Of a stretch of DNA of 64,000 bases, positions 1-11,698 are shown one piece after another. The stretch spans positions 128,001 through 192,000 of the forward strand of contig CAXXVS010000001.1 of NCBI GenBank assembly GCA_963674755.2, in the 5' to 3' direction. This DNA comes from Desulfobacterales bacterium (GTDB lineage Bacteria > Desulfobacterota > Desulfobacteria > Desulfobacterales > UBA5852). A program made the translations under genes and the position numbers. Within the stretch, counting starts at the first letter, position 1; each line of letters starts with the position of its first letter. Below the pieces are notes generated by a model. It was not told where the DNA came from. It was given only the letters and a program-made list of their open reading frames with translations, and did no database searches.

Positions 1-561
1 GTCATTATCGATGAATCCAATCGTTCGATGGAAGTCATTGTCCCTGATGACTACCTGTCGATCGCGATCGGCAAGCGGGGACAGAACGTTCGCTTGGCAT
101 CCAAATTGACGGGATGGCATCTCGATGTCCAAAGCGAATCGCGTTACAACGAGGCCATGAAGAGCGGCTACGAATCTCTCATGGCGCTACCGGAGGTCAG
201 CGTCAGTCTTGCGGACGCACTATACGAAGCAGGTTTTTTCTCAGTCGATGAAATCAGTATCGCATCGGCTGAGGATTTGCTGCAGATCCGGGATATCGAT
301 GAGGATCAAGCCCGCGCGCTCATCTCCGCCGCACGGCAAGCGGTCTTGGATGCTGAAAATGCGGCCGAGGATGAAGATCAAGCGGACGTTGAGCAAAGCG
401 AAGAATCGTCGAGCGCCTCCGACATAGAGGCGCCGGAAAGTGCCGAACCATCATCAGACCAGGATGAGCTGAACGGCGCAGTAGACGACACCCAAGACCA
501 GGATGCCATTCCTGAGCCTCCAGGCGACGAAGCCGAGGCGGATTCGGAAGCGAAGGAATAG
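1..561 (+). CDS. nusA: Transcription termination/antitermination factor NusA, C-terminal part (5' end outside window)
   Basis: KH motif LSIAIGKRGQNVRLASKLTGW plus HhH repeats; frame open from base 1; directly upstream of infB. Confidence 0.95.
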   Translation, partial: VIIDESNRSMEVIVPDDYLSIAIGKRGQNVRLASKLTGWHLDVQSESRYNEAMKSGYESLMALPEVSVSLADALYEAGFFSVDEISIASAEDLLQIRDIDEDQARALISAARQAVLDAENAAEDEDQADVEQSEESSSASDIEAPESAEPSSDQDELNGAVDDTQDQDAIPEPPGDEAEADSEAKE

Positions 562-645
562 CGGAGCGGATCGATTTAATCGGAAGCAGAGGCGGCTGTA
601 CGGCTATCGAAAATTGTCTGGGGAGCTGTATCTGAGGGGGAAAGC

Positions 646-3345
646 ATGGCAAAAATCAGGGTATATGAACTTGCCCGAGAGCTCAACATGACCAACAAAG
701 CACTCATTGAAAAGATGAGTGACATGGATATCGCGGTTAAGAGCCATATGAGTTCTCTCGAAGATGAGGCCGTCACGCAAATCAAGGCGGCGTTTTTTGG
801 CAAACCGGCCGAAAAGGTCGAAGAGACTCGCATCAAACCCACGGTTATTCGGCGCCGACGGAAAAAGGTTGTCGAGCCGGCTGAGGTTGAAGCCGTCCAG
901 GAAGAAGATTCGGAAGAAGGGCCCGAACCGGCCACGGCCGAAGCGCTTGTTGAAGAAGCAGATGAAAATGCGCCGACCGTTCCCGAAGTTGCTGAAGCCG
1001 AGGCTGAAAAGGTGCCCGTGAAGAAAGGCACCAAAGCTGAAGAACCGGCTAAAATTGTAAAACGGCCTCCAGAAAAGGAGATCGCGCCCCAGGCTGTGGA
1101 AACAGCTACGGAACCATCCGAAAAAGAAGGCGATGTTGAGGCCCTTGCCCCGGATGCTGTTCAGAAAGAAGCGCCGGCTCCGCCTGAGACGGAAGCCGAA
1201 GAGTCGAGCCCCAAGGCTGAGCCTCAAAAAACTGAACCGCCGGCTGTAAAGGCCAAGAAGGAAAAGAAGCTTGAGCCGGCGGCTAAGATTATCAAGCTTC
1301 CCCCGCGACCGCCGGAAGAACCTCTCGCACAAGCGGAGCCGAAGGTCTCCGATGGGGAGCCTGCCCGCGATGATGGAGAGACAGCCTCTGCCAGGAAGAA
1401 AAGACGTAAAAAGCGCACCGAAGAAGAACTTGACCGAAAGTTTTTCAAGAAAAAAATTGCTTTCCGAAAGAAATCGGTTATCGAAGGCGCCGATCTATAT
1501 TCGGGCCAGGGCAGAGGTCGCAAAGGGCGCAAAGACGCTCGCGGAAAGGCGGCTGCCGGGCAAAAGACCCAGATCACGACAGCTAAAGCGATCAAGCGGA
1601 GAATTAAAGTGGATGAAGCCATTGTGCTCTCAGAGTTGGCAAAACGGATGGGCATCAAGGCCAGCGAAATCATCAGAATGCTGATGGGCCAAGGCGTCAT
1701 GGCAACCGTGAACCAGAGCATCGATTATGAGACGGCCAATCTGGTGGCGGCCGAATTCGGTTATGAGGTGGAAAAGGCGGCTTTTGAAGAAGACGAATTG
1801 ATCAAAATCGAAGAAGACGCCCCAGAAGCCATGACGGAGCGTCCGCCCGTGGTCACCATTATGGGGCATGTCGATCATGGTAAGACCTCTCTGTTGGATG
1901 TTATTCGCAAGACCCATGTCACCGAATTGGAAGCCGGTGGTATTACGCAGCACATCGGCGCCTACAGCGTGTCCACGGAAAAAGGCCAAATTACCTTTCT
2001 GGATACCCCGGGGCATGAAGCATTTACGGCCATGCGCTCGCGTGGGGCCCAGGTTACCGATATCGTTATTCTGGTGGTCGCCGCCGATGACGGGGTGATG
2101 CCGCAAACCGTGGAAGCCATCAACCATTCCCGGGCATCGGAAGTACCACTGATCGTGGCCGTCAATAAGATGGATAAAGCCGGGGCCGACCTGGACCGTG
2201 TGTACCGCGAGTTGTCCGAGAAAGGGTTGGCACCGGAAGCCTGGGGCGGCGATACGATTTTCGTTAATGTCTCCGCGAAGCAGAAGACGGGCATTGATGA
2301 ATTGCTGGAAATGATCTTGCTTCAAGCGGAAGTCATGGAGCTAAAGGCCAATCCTGATAAACTGGCTTTCGGCCATGTGGTGGAGGCCAAGCTCGACTCC
2401 GGCCGCGGACCGGTGGCCACGGTCCTGGTTAAGGAAGGTACCTTGCGGACCGGAGATCCGGTGGTTTGTGGTGTTCACTTCGGCAAGGTCCGCGCCATGC
2501 TGAACGATATGGGTAATCCCGTATCGGAAGCCGGCCCCTCGATTCCGGTGGAGGTCTTGGGGCTTTCGGGGGTACCGGTCGCCGGCGATGAGTTGATCGC
2601 ATTGAAGGATGAGAAGGATGCCAAGCAGGTCAGCCTGCACCGCACGCAGAAACAGCGTACCAAGGAGCTCGCCAAGTCCAACCGCATGAGCCTTGAGAAC
2701 CTCTTTGAGCAAATGAAGGAGGGCGAAGTCAAGGATCTCAATCTGATCATCAAGACGGATGTGGACGGCTCCATGGAGGCCTTGAAAGATTCGCTGATCA
2801 AATTGTCCAACGAAGAAGTCAAGATCAATGTCGTTCATTCCGCTTCGGGCACTATCACCGAGTCGGACGTTTCCCTCGCGGCCGTGTCCAACGCGATCAT
2901 CATCGGGTTCAATGTGCGGCCCACGCCTAAAGTGCAGAGCATGGCCCTCGAAGAGGGTGTGGATATGCGCTATTACAATGTCATCTATGATGTCATCAAG
3001 GAGATCAAGGATGCCATTGCCGGAATGATGGAGTCCATCTTCGAAGAGCGGGTTCTGGGACGCGCCGAGGTGCGGGAGGTTTTCCAGATCCCCAAGATTG
3101 GCGCCATTGCCGGATGTCATGTAACGGACGGCAAAATGGAACGCAATCAGCTGATGCGGCTGCTGCGGGACGGGGTTGTTTATTTCGAAGGGCGCAATTC
3201 ATCCCTGCGGCGTTTCAAAGATGATGTCAAAGAGGTGCAAAGCGGCTACGAATGCGGGATCGGCATCGAAAACTACAACGATATCAAGGTCGGCGATGTC
3301 ATTGAGTGCTACTATCTGGAAGAAATTCGCCCCGAAGTCCAATGA
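646..3345 (+). CDS. infB: Translation initiation factor IF-2
   Basis: N-terminal KIRVYELA; GTPase motifs [18 protein letters not shown]-terminal [12 protein letters not shown]. Confidence 0.99.
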   Translation: MAKIRVYELARELNMTNKALIEKMSDMDIAVKSHMSSLEDEAVTQIKAAFFGKPAEKVEETRIKPTVIRRRRKKVVEPAEVEAVQEEDSEEGPEPATAEALVEEADENAPTVPEVAEAEAEKVPVKKGTKAEEPAKIVKRPPEKEIAPQAVETATEPSEKEGDVEALAPDAVQKEAPAPPETEAEESSPKAEPQKTEPPAVKAKKEKKLEPAAKIIKLPPRPPEEPLAQAEPKVSDGEPARDDGETASARKKRRKKRTEEELDRKFFKKKIAFRKKSVIEGADLYSGQGRGRKGRKDARGKAAAGQKTQITTAKAIKRRIKVDEAIVLSELAKRMGIKASEIIRMLMGQGVMATVNQSIDYETANLVAAEFGYEVEKAAFEEDELIKIEEDAPEAMTERPPVVTIMGHVDHGKTSLLDVIRKTHVTELEAGGITQHIGAYSVSTEKGQITFLDTPGHEAFTAMRSRGAQVTDIVILVVAADDGVMPQTVEAINHSRASEVPLIVAVNKMDKAGADLDRVYRELSEKGLAPEAWGGDTIFVNVSAKQKTGIDELLEMILLQAEVMELKANPDKLAFGHVVEAKLDSGRGPVATVLVKEGTLRTGDPVVCGVHFGKVRAMLNDMGNPVSEAGPSIPVEVLGLSGVPVAGDELIALKDEKDAKQVSLHRTQKQRTKELAKSNRMSLENLFEQMKEGEVKDLNLIIKTDVDGSMEALKDSLIKLSNEEVKINVVHSASGTITESDVSLAAVSNAIIIGFNVRPTPKVQSMALEEGVDMRYYNVIYDVIKEIKDAIAGMMESIFEERVLGRAEVREVFQIPKIGAIAGCHVTDGKMERNQLMRLLRDGVVYFEGRNSSLRRFKDDVKEVQSGYECGIGIENYNDIKVGDVIECYYLEEIRPEVQ

Positions 3346-3421
3346 TGCCTTGCGGTAAGGGGTATACGCGTTCGATCGGCACTGCCGTAATGGGCATACG
3401 GTAAAAATTGGCGGAAAAGCG

Positions 3422-3709
3422 ATGGTTGTCGGCATCGGTCGGATCGTCTATCGGATTCATGACTGCCGCTCTTTGAAAGGCAAACGAAAAGTCGTCAAGG
3501 CGATCATCATGCGGTTGCGAAATAAATTTAATGCTTCCATCGCTGAGGTGGGCGCCAACGATATGCACCAACGGGCGGAGATCGGGTTTTGTATGGTCGG
3601 TAATGACCGTGGCGTGGTGAATTCGAAAGTCGACAAACTTTTTAATATGGCCGAAGATCTCGGATTGGCGGAGGTTATCGATATGGAAATGGAGATTATC
3701 AGTTTATGA
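3422..3709 (+). CDS. DUF503 (YlxP-like) protein
   Basis: SLKGKR..V...LRNKFNASIAEV motif; usual position between infB and rbfA. Confidence 0.9.
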   Translation: MVVGIGRIVYRIHDCRSLKGKRKVVKAIIMRLRNKFNASIAEVGANDMHQRAEIGFCMVGNDRGVVNSKVDKLFNMAEDLGLAEVIDMEMEIISL

Positions 3710-4080
3710 CGCGCTTTGCACGATCAGAGCGGGTCGGTCGCCATATCCGCAATACCCTGGCCGATATTCTGCGCCGGGATGTTAAAGATCCCCGTTTGAA
3801 GATGGTGACCATTACGAGCGTCGACGTTTCTCCAGATCTGAGACTGGCCAAGATCTATTTTGCGACAACCGGCGAAGATGAAAAGATTCAGCGTGTGCTG
3901 AGCGGGTTCGACCAAGCGCGCGCCTTTATCAAAAAACGGCTCGGTCAGGAGTTGGGCCTGCGGTATATGCCGGATATCCGTTTTTTCTATGATGATTCGC
4001 TTGATTACGGCGCCCGCATGGAGGCGCTTTTCCGATCGATAGGTGAGAAAGATGGACACCGTCATCGACCGAATGAGTGA
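3706..4080 (+). CDS. rbfA: Ribosome-binding factor A
   Basis: KDPRL..VTIT.VDVSPDLR.AKIY and LRYMPDIRFFYD motifs; synteny. Confidence 0.97.
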   Translation: MTRFARSERVGRHIRNTLADILRRDVKDPRLKMVTITSVDVSPDLRLAKIYFATTGEDEKIQRVLSGFDQARAFIKKRLGQELGLRYMPDIRFFYDDSLDYGARMEALFRSIGEKDGHRHRPNE

Positions 4081-5011
4081 GCGCCAGGCGCTTTTTCTGG
4101 CAACGCATGTCAATCCTGATGGGGATGCAATCGGGTCTTTGATATCCTTGGGACTGGGCTTGCAGCAGCAAGGCAAGCAGATTTATATGTATAACGCTAG
4201 CCCCATTCCGGCAGTCTACCGGTTTCTGCCGGGGGTGCAAGGGGTCCGGCAGACCTTGCCGTCTTCTTCTGAATGGGATGCTGCGATCGTACTGGATTGC
4301 GGTGATATCGAGCGGATCGGCGAAGCCGTGGATTTCGTGCGTGGTCTCCCGATGATCATTAATATCGATCATCATGTGACCAATACCGCCTTCGGCCAAC
4401 ATCGCATCATCGATACGGCGGCCTGTTCATCGGCGGAAATCGTTTACCGACTGCTCAAGCGCATGGGGGTCGAAATCGACCCGGCCATCGCTTCGTCGAT
4501 CTATACCGGTATTTTAACCGATACGGGTTCTTTCCGATTCGCGAATACCAATAGCGCGGCCTATGCGATTAGCGCCGAGATGGTTCGATGCGGTGTTGAT
4601 CCCTATACGGTGGCCCAGCACGTTTACGGCACGTATTCGTTGGGCCGTATCAAATTGTTGAATATGGCCCTCGACTCGATTGAAATTTCCGCCAATGGCA
4701 AGTTGTCGCTGATGACCCTGACCAAGAATATGTTTGCCGAGACGGATACGAATCCCGAAGATGTGGACGGCATGATCAATTATGCCAAGCGCATCGAGGA
4801 CGTGAAAGTGGCTGCGTTGATCATGGAAAACACCAACGGCATGTCCCATAAACGCTTTCATGTGAGTTTGCGTTCGGACGGATCGGTAGATGTGGCCGAA
4901 ATCGCCGCTTCATTTGGCGGTGGTGGACATTTCAATGCCGCCGGATTTGGTGTCGAGACGTCCCTCAAGGATCTCAGGGAAACCATTATTTCCATAGCAG
5001 AGCAGCTTTGA
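4052..5011 (+). CDS. nrnA: DHH/DHHA1 bifunctional oligoribonuclease/PAP phosphatase
   Basis: HVNPDGDAIGS, IDHH, TDTGSF, SLRS, GGGGHFNAAG motifs; ATG 4052 preferred over GTG 4043. Confidence 0.9.
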   Translation: MDTVIDRMSERQALFLATHVNPDGDAIGSLISLGLGLQQQGKQIYMYNASPIPAVYRFLPGVQGVRQTLPSSSEWDAAIVLDCGDIERIGEAVDFVRGLPMIINIDHHVTNTAFGQHRIIDTAACSSAEIVYRLLKRMGVEIDPAIASSIYTGILTDTGSFRFANTNSAAYAISAEMVRCGVDPYTVAQHVYGTYSLGRIKLLNMALDSIEISANGKLSLMTLTKNMFAETDTNPEDVDGMINYAKRIEDVKVAALIMENTNGMSHKRFHVSLRSDGSVDVAEIAASFGGGGHFNAAGFGVETSLKDLRETIISIAEQL

Positions 5012-5018
5012 TAAAGGT

Positions 5019-5939
5019 ATGCGGGACGGGGCTCTGATTATCGACAAGCCGGCCGGCATGTCCTCGGCGCAGGTGGTCGGCAGGGTAAAAAAAAGTTTCC
5101 AAGCAAGGAAAGTGGGGCATGCCGGAACGCTGGATCCCTTTGCTACCGGGGTCTTGGTTTGCCTCATGAACAAGGCCACCCGCCTGGCCCAGTTTCTCTT
5201 GCGGGGTAGAAAGCAATATCAAGCCGTGCTTCATCTGGGTGTTGTTACGGACACGCAGGACCCCACAGGGCGTGTAATCGACTCCCGGCCGGTGCCGGAT
5301 TTCAGCGAGGAAGACCTTCAGCAAGTCTTCCGGCAGTATGCGGGGACCGTCGAACAGATTCCGCCCGCCTATTCGGCATTGAAACACAAAGGCGTGGCGT
5401 TGTACAAATTGGCACGCAGGGGACAGGCCATACAGAAACCGGCCCGTAGCGTTCATATCGAAAGGCTGGAAATCGTGGCGGTGGCGTTGCCCGAGGTGCA
5501 TTTCACCGTTACCTGCTCGGCCGGCACCTATGTCCGCACGCTATGTGCGGATATCGGTCAGGCGCTGGGTTGCGGGGGGCATCTCAGGGCGTTGCGCCGG
5601 ACCATGAGCAGTGGGTTCGGTATCGATGAAGCCATCAGCTTGGAGGCCTTAAACCGCGCTATGGCGGATCCCCAGTTGCCGGTTCCCCTGATTTCGCCGG
5701 GTGCTGCGTTGCGGGATATGCCGGCCTTGAGGGCGGATGGGGATGTTGCCGCCAAGATTAAAACCGGCGGGAAACTCGATGTTAAGGATTTCACCGACTT
5801 ACCGCATGATGCAACGGTAATGAAAAATGGTGAGCAAGGGACCTGTTACAAAGTTTTCGATAGGGACACCCAGTTGATCGCCGTCGTTTCGGTGGATTGG
5901 CAAAACGAAACGATCGCCTATCGTGGTGTCTTTGTCTGA
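5019..5939 (+). CDS. truB: tRNA pseudouridine(55) synthase
   Basis: KVGHAGTLDPFATGVL, PPAYSALK, GTYVRTL. Confidence 0.97.
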   Translation: MRDGALIIDKPAGMSSAQVVGRVKKSFQARKVGHAGTLDPFATGVLVCLMNKATRLAQFLLRGRKQYQAVLHLGVVTDTQDPTGRVIDSRPVPDFSEEDLQQVFRQYAGTVEQIPPAYSALKHKGVALYKLARRGQAIQKPARSVHIERLEIVAVALPEVHFTVTCSAGTYVRTLCADIGQALGCGGHLRALRRTMSSGFGIDEAISLEALNRAMADPQLPVPLISPGAALRDMPALRADGDVAAKIKTGGKLDVKDFTDLPHDATVMKNGEQGTCYKVFDRDTQLIAVVSVDWQNETIAYRGVFV

Positions 5940-6063
5940 CGGAAACCACGCGGATATCGTTTTGCGCGACAAGCGTTGAAGCTTGCGCGTGACGATAGGC
6001 AGCCGCACAAGGTACCCTCTATTGACATGAGCATCATTATAATTAAGAGGAGGCTAAGAGACC

Positions 6064-6333
6064 GTGGTATTTACAACTGAAGATAAGAAGCGTCTGATTG
6101 AACAGCACAAGCTACACGACACGGATACGGGATCACCGGAGGTTCAGGCCGCATTGTTGACGCACCGGATCACCTATTTGACGGAGCATTTGAAGGTGCA
6201 CAAGAAAGACCACCATTCCCGCCGCGGCTTGTTGATGCTGGTCGGACGCCGCCGCCGTCTGCTCAATTACGTCAAGAACAAAGATGTGAACCGCTATCGA
6301 TCGATTATCGAGAATCTCGGACTGCGCAGGTAG
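6064..6333 (+). CDS. rpsO: 30S ribosomal protein S15
   Basis: DTGSPEVQ...[19 protein letters not shown] start after GAGGAGG. Confidence 0.99.
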   Translation: MVFTTEDKKRLIEQHKLHDTDTGSPEVQAALLTHRITYLTEHLKVHKKDHHSRRGLLMLVGRRRRLLNYVKNKDVNRYRSIIENLGLRR

Positions 6334-6338
6334 TCGCG

Positions 6339-6520
6339 GATCGCGAGGCTTCCCTTGGCGAAGTCTATCCCCAGGGCGAAAAATGTCCGCTCAGGGGAAG
6401 CCTTTGCGCCGATCGATGGGCAAAGCTGTTAATGATGATGAGGTATAGGGGCCATCGTATGTCGCGATGGGCCTAACTAGCTCGCATGCCAGCATGGTTG
6501 CCGTAGTGAAAGCCCCTATA
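6339..6520 (+). promoter_or_regulatory. Structured rpsO-pnp intergenic leader (two stems)
   Basis: AGGCTTCCC pairs with GGGAAGCCT (about 6346-6403); TATAGGGGC (6444-6452) pairs with GCCCCTATA (6512-6520). Confidence 0.5.
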
Positions 6521-6555
6521 AAGAGGCGTACGGTGTGGAACCTGCAGGAGGCAAA

Positions 6556-8667
6556 ATGGAAAAATTAGTACAAACCGAGATCGGGGGACGAACCCTGAGC
6601 ATCCAGACCGGCAAACTGGCCAAACAGGCTTCAGGCGCTGCTCTGGTCCAATACGGGGAGACGATCGTCCTGGTTACCGTTGTTTCCGCCAGAGACGAAC
6701 GACCGGGTGATTTTCTTCCGCTTACGGTTGAATATCAGGAAAAAATTTATGCAGCGGGACGGATTCCCGGCAATTATTTTCGCCGGGAAATCGGGCGGCC
6801 GAGTGAAAAGGAAACCTTGACCGCGCGTTTGATCGATCGCCCGATCAGGCCGCTGTTCCCCAAAGGCTATCGCTTCGAAATCCAGGTTATCGCCACGGTG
6901 CTTTCCATGGACAAGGAAAACGATCCGGATATTTTGGCCATGATCGGCGCGTCAGCGGCGCTTGAGCTGTCTGACATCCCCTTCAGCGGACCGATTGCCA
7001 GCGTTCGTGTGGGGCGGGTCAATGGTGAACTGGTCGCCAATCCCAGCCTTTGTGATTGCGACGATTGCGATATCAATATCATCGTGGCCGGATCCCGCAC
7101 GGGCGTGGTGATGGTGGAAGGCGGGGCCGATATCGCCCGCGAGGAGGACATGCTGGAGGCGATCTATTTTGGTCACCAGGCGATCCAACCCATCATCGAT
7201 ATGCAACTGGAGTTGAAAGAGGCTTGCGGTGCTGAAAAACGCAGCTTTACGCCGCCGGAGAAAGATCCTGATCTGGTTCGGATTCTGGAGGAAAAAGCGA
7301 TCGGTCCTTTCCGCAATGCGGTGGTTATTCCGGCCAAAGTTGAGCGGAACAAAGCGCTCCGCAATCTGAAAAAAGAAATGTTGGAATCCCTTGGCGAAGC
7401 CTACGCCGAGCGACGGGATGAGGTTAATGCAATTCTGGACGAATTGCAGAAGAAGATTTGCCGGGACCTTATCCTCAAGGAGGGGCGTCGCATCGATAAC
7501 CGGCGTTTCGATGAAATTCGGCCCATTACCTGTGAGGTCGGATTGTTGCCCCGCCCCCACGGAAGTGCCCTTTTCACGCGTGGTGAAACCCAGGTCCTGG
7601 GTGTGTTGACCTTAGGCTCCGGTCAGGACGAACAGCGGGTGGAAACTCTGAGTGGTGAGGAGTTCCGCCCCTTTATGCTGCATTACAATTTTCCTCCCTA
7701 TTCGGTGGGCGAGACAAGACGCCTCGGTGGGCCCAGTCGCCGCGATATTGGCCACGGGGGCCTTTCCACGCGTGCTATCGAAAAGGTGTTGCCTGACAAG
7801 GAAGACTTTGATTACACCATTCGCCTGGTGTCGGAGGTTTTGGAATCCAACGGTTCTTCCTCAATGGGGACGGTGTGTTCCGGAACGATGGCGCTGATGG
7901 ATGGGGGTGTTCCCATCAAGGCGCCCGTGGCCGGTATTGCCATGGGGCTTGTCAAGGATGAAGATAATGTGGTTGTCCTCTCGGATATTCTAGGAGACGA
8001 AGACCATACCGGCGATATGGATTTCAAGGTTGCCGGCACCAGTGAAGGCATCACCGCCTTGCAGATGGACATCAAGATTCACGAACTTCCCAAGGAGATC
8101 CTGGCTAAAGCCCTGGAGCAGGCGCGTCAAGGGCGTCTTCACATTCTGTCCAAAATGAACGACGCCATCCAGGTGCCTCGTGACAAGATTTCCCCCTATG
8201 CACCTGCAATTTTGACGGTTGAAGTCAAACCGGACAAAATCCGGGAGATTATCGGCCCCGGCGGCAAGACGATCCGCGCGATCCAGTCGGAAACCAACAC
8301 GCGTGTCGAAATCGACGACTCGGGATTGGTTAAGATTGCAGCGGTTTCCCAGGAAGATGGGGATGCCGCCCTGAAGATGATTGGCGACATTACCATGGAG
8401 CCGGAAGTCGGCCAGGTCTACGACGGAACGGTGGTGCGCGTTATGGATTTTGGCGCTTTCGTGCAGATATTGCCCGGCACGGACGGCCTGTGCCACATTT
8501 CGCAACTGGCGACCCATCGGGTCTCCAATGTATCGGACATCGTCAAAGAGGGCGACAAGCTGCGGGTCAAGGTCCTGGAGATCAACCGCGACGGCAAGAT
8601 CAGGCTAAGCCACAAAGCCATTCTCGAAGAAGAAGGTCGACGTCCTGATGGCTCCAGTCGTAAATAA
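6556..8667 (+). CDS. pnp: Polyribonucleotide nucleotidyltransferase (PNPase)
   Basis: [37 protein letters not shown] and S1 domains; ATG 6556 follows AGGAGG. Confidence 0.98.
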   Translation: MEKLVQTEIGGRTLSIQTGKLAKQASGAALVQYGETIVLVTVVSARDERPGDFLPLTVEYQEKIYAAGRIPGNYFRREIGRPSEKETLTARLIDRPIRPLFPKGYRFEIQVIATVLSMDKENDPDILAMIGASAALELSDIPFSGPIASVRVGRVNGELVANPSLCDCDDCDINIIVAGSRTGVVMVEGGADIAREEDMLEAIYFGHQAIQPIIDMQLELKEACGAEKRSFTPPEKDPDLVRILEEKAIGPFRNAVVIPAKVERNKALRNLKKEMLESLGEAYAERRDEVNAILDELQKKICRDLILKEGRRIDNRRFDEIRPITCEVGLLPRPHGSALFTRGETQVLGVLTLGSGQDEQRVETLSGEEFRPFMLHYNFPPYSVGETRRLGGPSRRDIGHGGLSTRAIEKVLPDKEDFDYTIRLVSEVLESNGSSSMGTVCSGTMALMDGGVPIKAPVAGIAMGLVKDEDNVVVLSDILGDEDHTGDMDFKVAGTSEGITALQMDIKIHELPKEILAKALEQARQGRLHILSKMNDAIQVPRDKISPYAPAILTVEVKPDKIREIIGPGGKTIRAIQSETNTRVEIDDSGLVKIAAVSQEDGDAALKMIGDITMEPEVGQVYDGTVVRVMDFGAFVQILPGTDGLCHISQLATHRVSNVSDIVKEGDKLRVKVLEINRDGKIRLSHKAILEEEGRRPDGSSRK

Positions 8668-9916
8668 AACCGTTCTGACGAACGGCATTACGATTCTCAC
8701 CAAACACATGCCCTACGTCCGCTCCGTGTCAATGGGGGTCTGGGTCAATGTCGGTGCGCGGGACGAAAGCCTGGAGGAAAACGGACTTTCACACCTCATT
8801 GAACACATGATTTTCAAGGGGACGCGGAAGCGGACGGCCTATCAAATCGCCAAAGAATTCGATGCGATCGGAGGGCAGACCAATGCCTTCACCGCCATGG
8901 AAAACACCTGCTATCATGCGCGGGTGCTGGAATCCCATTTGGATACGATGGTTGACGTTCTGACCGACATTTTCCTGAATTCCGTTTTCGAAGCCGCGGA
9001 AGTCGAACGCGAACGTCCGGTTATCCTCCAAGAGATCGGGATGGTGGAAGACAGCCCGGAAGAATACATCCACATTCTGGCAGGCCGGAATTATTGGGGT
9101 GACAATCCCTTGGGACGCTCCATCCTGGGGTCGCCTGAGAATATCCTGCGGTTCGACGCCGAAGCGGTACGGGCCTTTTTCCGCCGCTGCTATCAGCCGG
9201 ACAGAATTCTTATCGCTGCCGCCGGCAAGGTCGATCATGATGCTTTGGTGGATCGCCTGGCCCCTGCTTTCGAAACGATTCAGCCCGGCAAGGGACTTCC
9301 CGAACGACGGACGCCCGCTGTCAGTCGGCAGATCAAGCTCTGCCAGCGCCAACTCGAGCAGGTGCATCTATGTCTGGCAGCCCCGGGAATTGCAACGACC
9401 CATCCGGAACGGTTCGCGTTTTCCCTCATGAATTCCATTCTGGGGGGGAACATGAGCTCGCGACTATTCCAGGAGATCCGGGAGAAGAGGGGGTTGGCGT
9501 ACGCGGTCTACTCCTACCTGATTTCCTATGAAGATACCGGTATGTTCGGTGTCTATGCCGGTGTGGAGCCAGCACGGGCGGTTGAAGTGACCGCCTTGAT
9601 CAGCCGCATCCTGGCTCAGATGAGGGACACGCCGGTACTCTCCGCAGAGCTCAAGGACGCCAAGGAATTCACCAAGGGCAATATGCTGTTGGCCAGTGAA
9701 AGTACGGACAACCAGATGGTCCGGCTGGCTCAGGGAGAAATCCATTACCAACGCTATGTCCCCTTGGAAGAAGTTGTCGATTACATCGACGCGGTGACAG
9801 GGGAAGACATTCAGGCACTGGCCAACAGGCTTTTCCAGGATGACCAGATGGTGCTGACCATACTGGGCCCCTTGACGGAAACGACACCATTTAAAGCCGC
9901 GTTACGGTCGCACTGA
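8648..9916 (+). CDS. M16 family zinc peptidase
   Basis: Inverted zincin [27 protein letters not shown]; overlaps pnp end. Confidence 0.95.
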   Translation: MAPVVNKTVLTNGITILTKHMPYVRSVSMGVWVNVGARDESLEENGLSHLIEHMIFKGTRKRTAYQIAKEFDAIGGQTNAFTAMENTCYHARVLESHLDTMVDVLTDIFLNSVFEAAEVERERPVILQEIGMVEDSPEEYIHILAGRNYWGDNPLGRSILGSPENILRFDAEAVRAFFRRCYQPDRILIAAAGKVDHDALVDRLAPAFETIQPGKGLPERRTPAVSRQIKLCQRQLEQVHLCLAAPGIATTHPERFAFSLMNSILGGNMSSRLFQEIREKRGLAYAVYSYLISYEDTGMFGVYAGVEPARAVEVTALISRILAQMRDTPVLSAELKDAKEFTKGNMLLASESTDNQMVRLAQGEIHYQRYVPLEEVVDYIDAVTGEDIQALANRLFQDDQMVLTILGPLTETTPFKAALRSH

Positions 9917-9934
9917 TTTTTTGGCGGGTCGTCT

Positions 9935-10411
9935 ATGAAAGCAAGCCACCAACCCACCATCGCTTTCCGGCGCCTGCGGCCAGCGATAGATGCCGATATT
10001 CCGCTTCCCCGCTATATGACGGAACAAGCCGCTGGAATGGATATCCATGCGGCCGTGGCAGCCCCGCTGACGTTGCAAATGCGGGAGATCGCTCTTGTCC
10101 CGACCGGGTTTGCCATGGCTCTGCCAGTCGGTTACGAAGCGCAAATCCGGCCGCGGAGCGGCCTGGCGGTGAAGCACGGCATCGGACTCATCAATTCGCC
10201 AGGCACCATCGATGCCGATTACCGGGGAGAAGTTAAAATCGCCCTGATCAATCTGGGGCCGCGATCGTACACGATTGAGCGCGGTGATCGCATCGCCCAA
10301 ATGGTGATCCAGCAAATCTGCCGTTTTCAATTAGAGGTTGTGGAAGACCTTCCGCCGACCGAGCGTAATCAGGGCGGCTTTGGTCATACCGGTCTTCGTG
10401 GTGAGCCCTGA
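9935..10411 (+). CDS. dut: dUTP diphosphatase
   Basis: [36 protein letters not shown]. Confidence 0.97.
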   Translation: MKASHQPTIAFRRLRPAIDADIPLPRYMTEQAAGMDIHAAVAAPLTLQMREIALVPTGFAMALPVGYEAQIRPRSGLAVKHGIGLINSPGTIDADYRGEVKIALINLGPRSYTIERGDRIAQMVIQQICRFQLEVVEDLPPTERNQGGFGHTGLRGEP

Positions 10412-10517
10412 GCATTTGCATGCGGCCGCACGCGCGGCAACCTTCGATGCTAGGCCGCTATTGCCGTCACCAATGCTCTGAATGCGCTGTCGACTGGAAT
10501 TTTTTGGGGTGAGTCCC

Positions 10518-11339
10518 ATGAATCGGGTGGCAGGAAAATCGGCTGTCAGGCAAGACGGTCGCACCGCTAGCCCTCTGTCCGTCTGCATGCTGGCGAGCGG
10601 CAGCAAAGGCAACTGCATTCATATCGCCGCTGGAGACAAGGCGATTCTTGTGGACGCCGGCTTGAGCGGCCGCGAAATAGAACGGCGCATGGTGCAGCGC
10701 GATTTGCAGCCTGATGCGCTTCAGGCCATTATTGTCTCCCATGAGCATATCGATCATATTCGCGGCGTGGGGGTCCTGGCGCGGCGCTATAAGCTGCCTG
10801 TTTACCTGTCAAACGAAACAGCATGTGCCGCCCTGGCGTCTTTGGGAAAACTGCCGCATTTTTTCCACTTCCAGGCCGGAAAACCGTTCCACCTCTCCCC
10901 CTTTATGATTCATCCCTTCAATGTCTCCCACGACGCCGTCGATCCGGTCGGGTTCACCATCAGTACGAATGGGGGCCGGATCGGCATCGCCACCGATCTT
11001 GGCATCGCGACAGGGCTTGTGCGAGAGCATCTGAAAGGCTGCCATCTTCTCGTTCTTGAAGCCAATCACGACCTCGATATGTTGGCTAACGGTCCCTACC
11101 CCTGGCCGTTGAAGCAGAGAATAAAGGGTCGCAGTGGCCATCTTTCCAACGATGCCGCCGAAGCCTTGCTGCGCTCCGTGATGACGGTGGATCTGCGTTA
11201 TGTCATTTTGGGCCATTTGAGTGAAACCAACAATACCGCCAAGCAGGCACTCAAGATTGTCCGCAAAGCGATCGACGGGCATGATATCCGTCTTCTTGTG
11301 GCCGAACAGGACCACTCCGGTCCGGTTGTCATGTTGTAA
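10518..11339 (+). CDS. Metallo-beta-lactamase fold hydrolase (YycJ/WalJ-like)
   Basis: LASGSKGN, SHEHIDH, HDA, TDLG, LEANHD, GHLSN, GHLS; start uncertain. Confidence 0.9.
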   Translation: MNRVAGKSAVRQDGRTASPLSVCMLASGSKGNCIHIAAGDKAILVDAGLSGREIERRMVQRDLQPDALQAIIVSHEHIDHIRGVGVLARRYKLPVYLSNETACAALASLGKLPHFFHFQAGKPFHLSPFMIHPFNVSHDAVDPVGFTISTNGGRIGIATDLGIATGLVREHLKGCHLLVLEANHDLDMLANGPYPWPLKQRIKGRSGHLSNDAAEALLRSVMTVDLRYVILGHLSETNNTAKQALKIVRKAIDGHDIRLLVAEQDHSGPVVML

Positions 11340-11698
11340 AACGCTACACCCCATTTCGTGTCATCCGAAATCACGGTACACAATTTGTTGCGATTGGTTT
11401 TTTGGCCGGTATTCGAGGGGCTTAGGGAAGCTTATTTTTTTTGTTAGAGATTTTTTTACCCATTCAACCATATATTGTGCCGATGCTCCCCGTAATATAC
11501 TACAGAATCCACAGCGATGGCCATATGGATAAATTTCTTCATAAAATTCAATAGGTCACAGCCGGCCCATTGTTGAACTCCCCTATTTTCTGTGCTAATT
11601 TTAGTCTCTACCAAGCCGAATTATTTAGAAATGCCCTTGCTGTTGCGCAGGAAGCGAGTGCTGTGTCCGATTCTTTTAGGAATGAAAGTTCTTGCATT

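Noticed and set aside
6022..6043. Perfect TTGACA and TATAAT upstream of rpsO
   Set aside because: Spacer is only 10 bp, incompatible with a single sigma70 promoter
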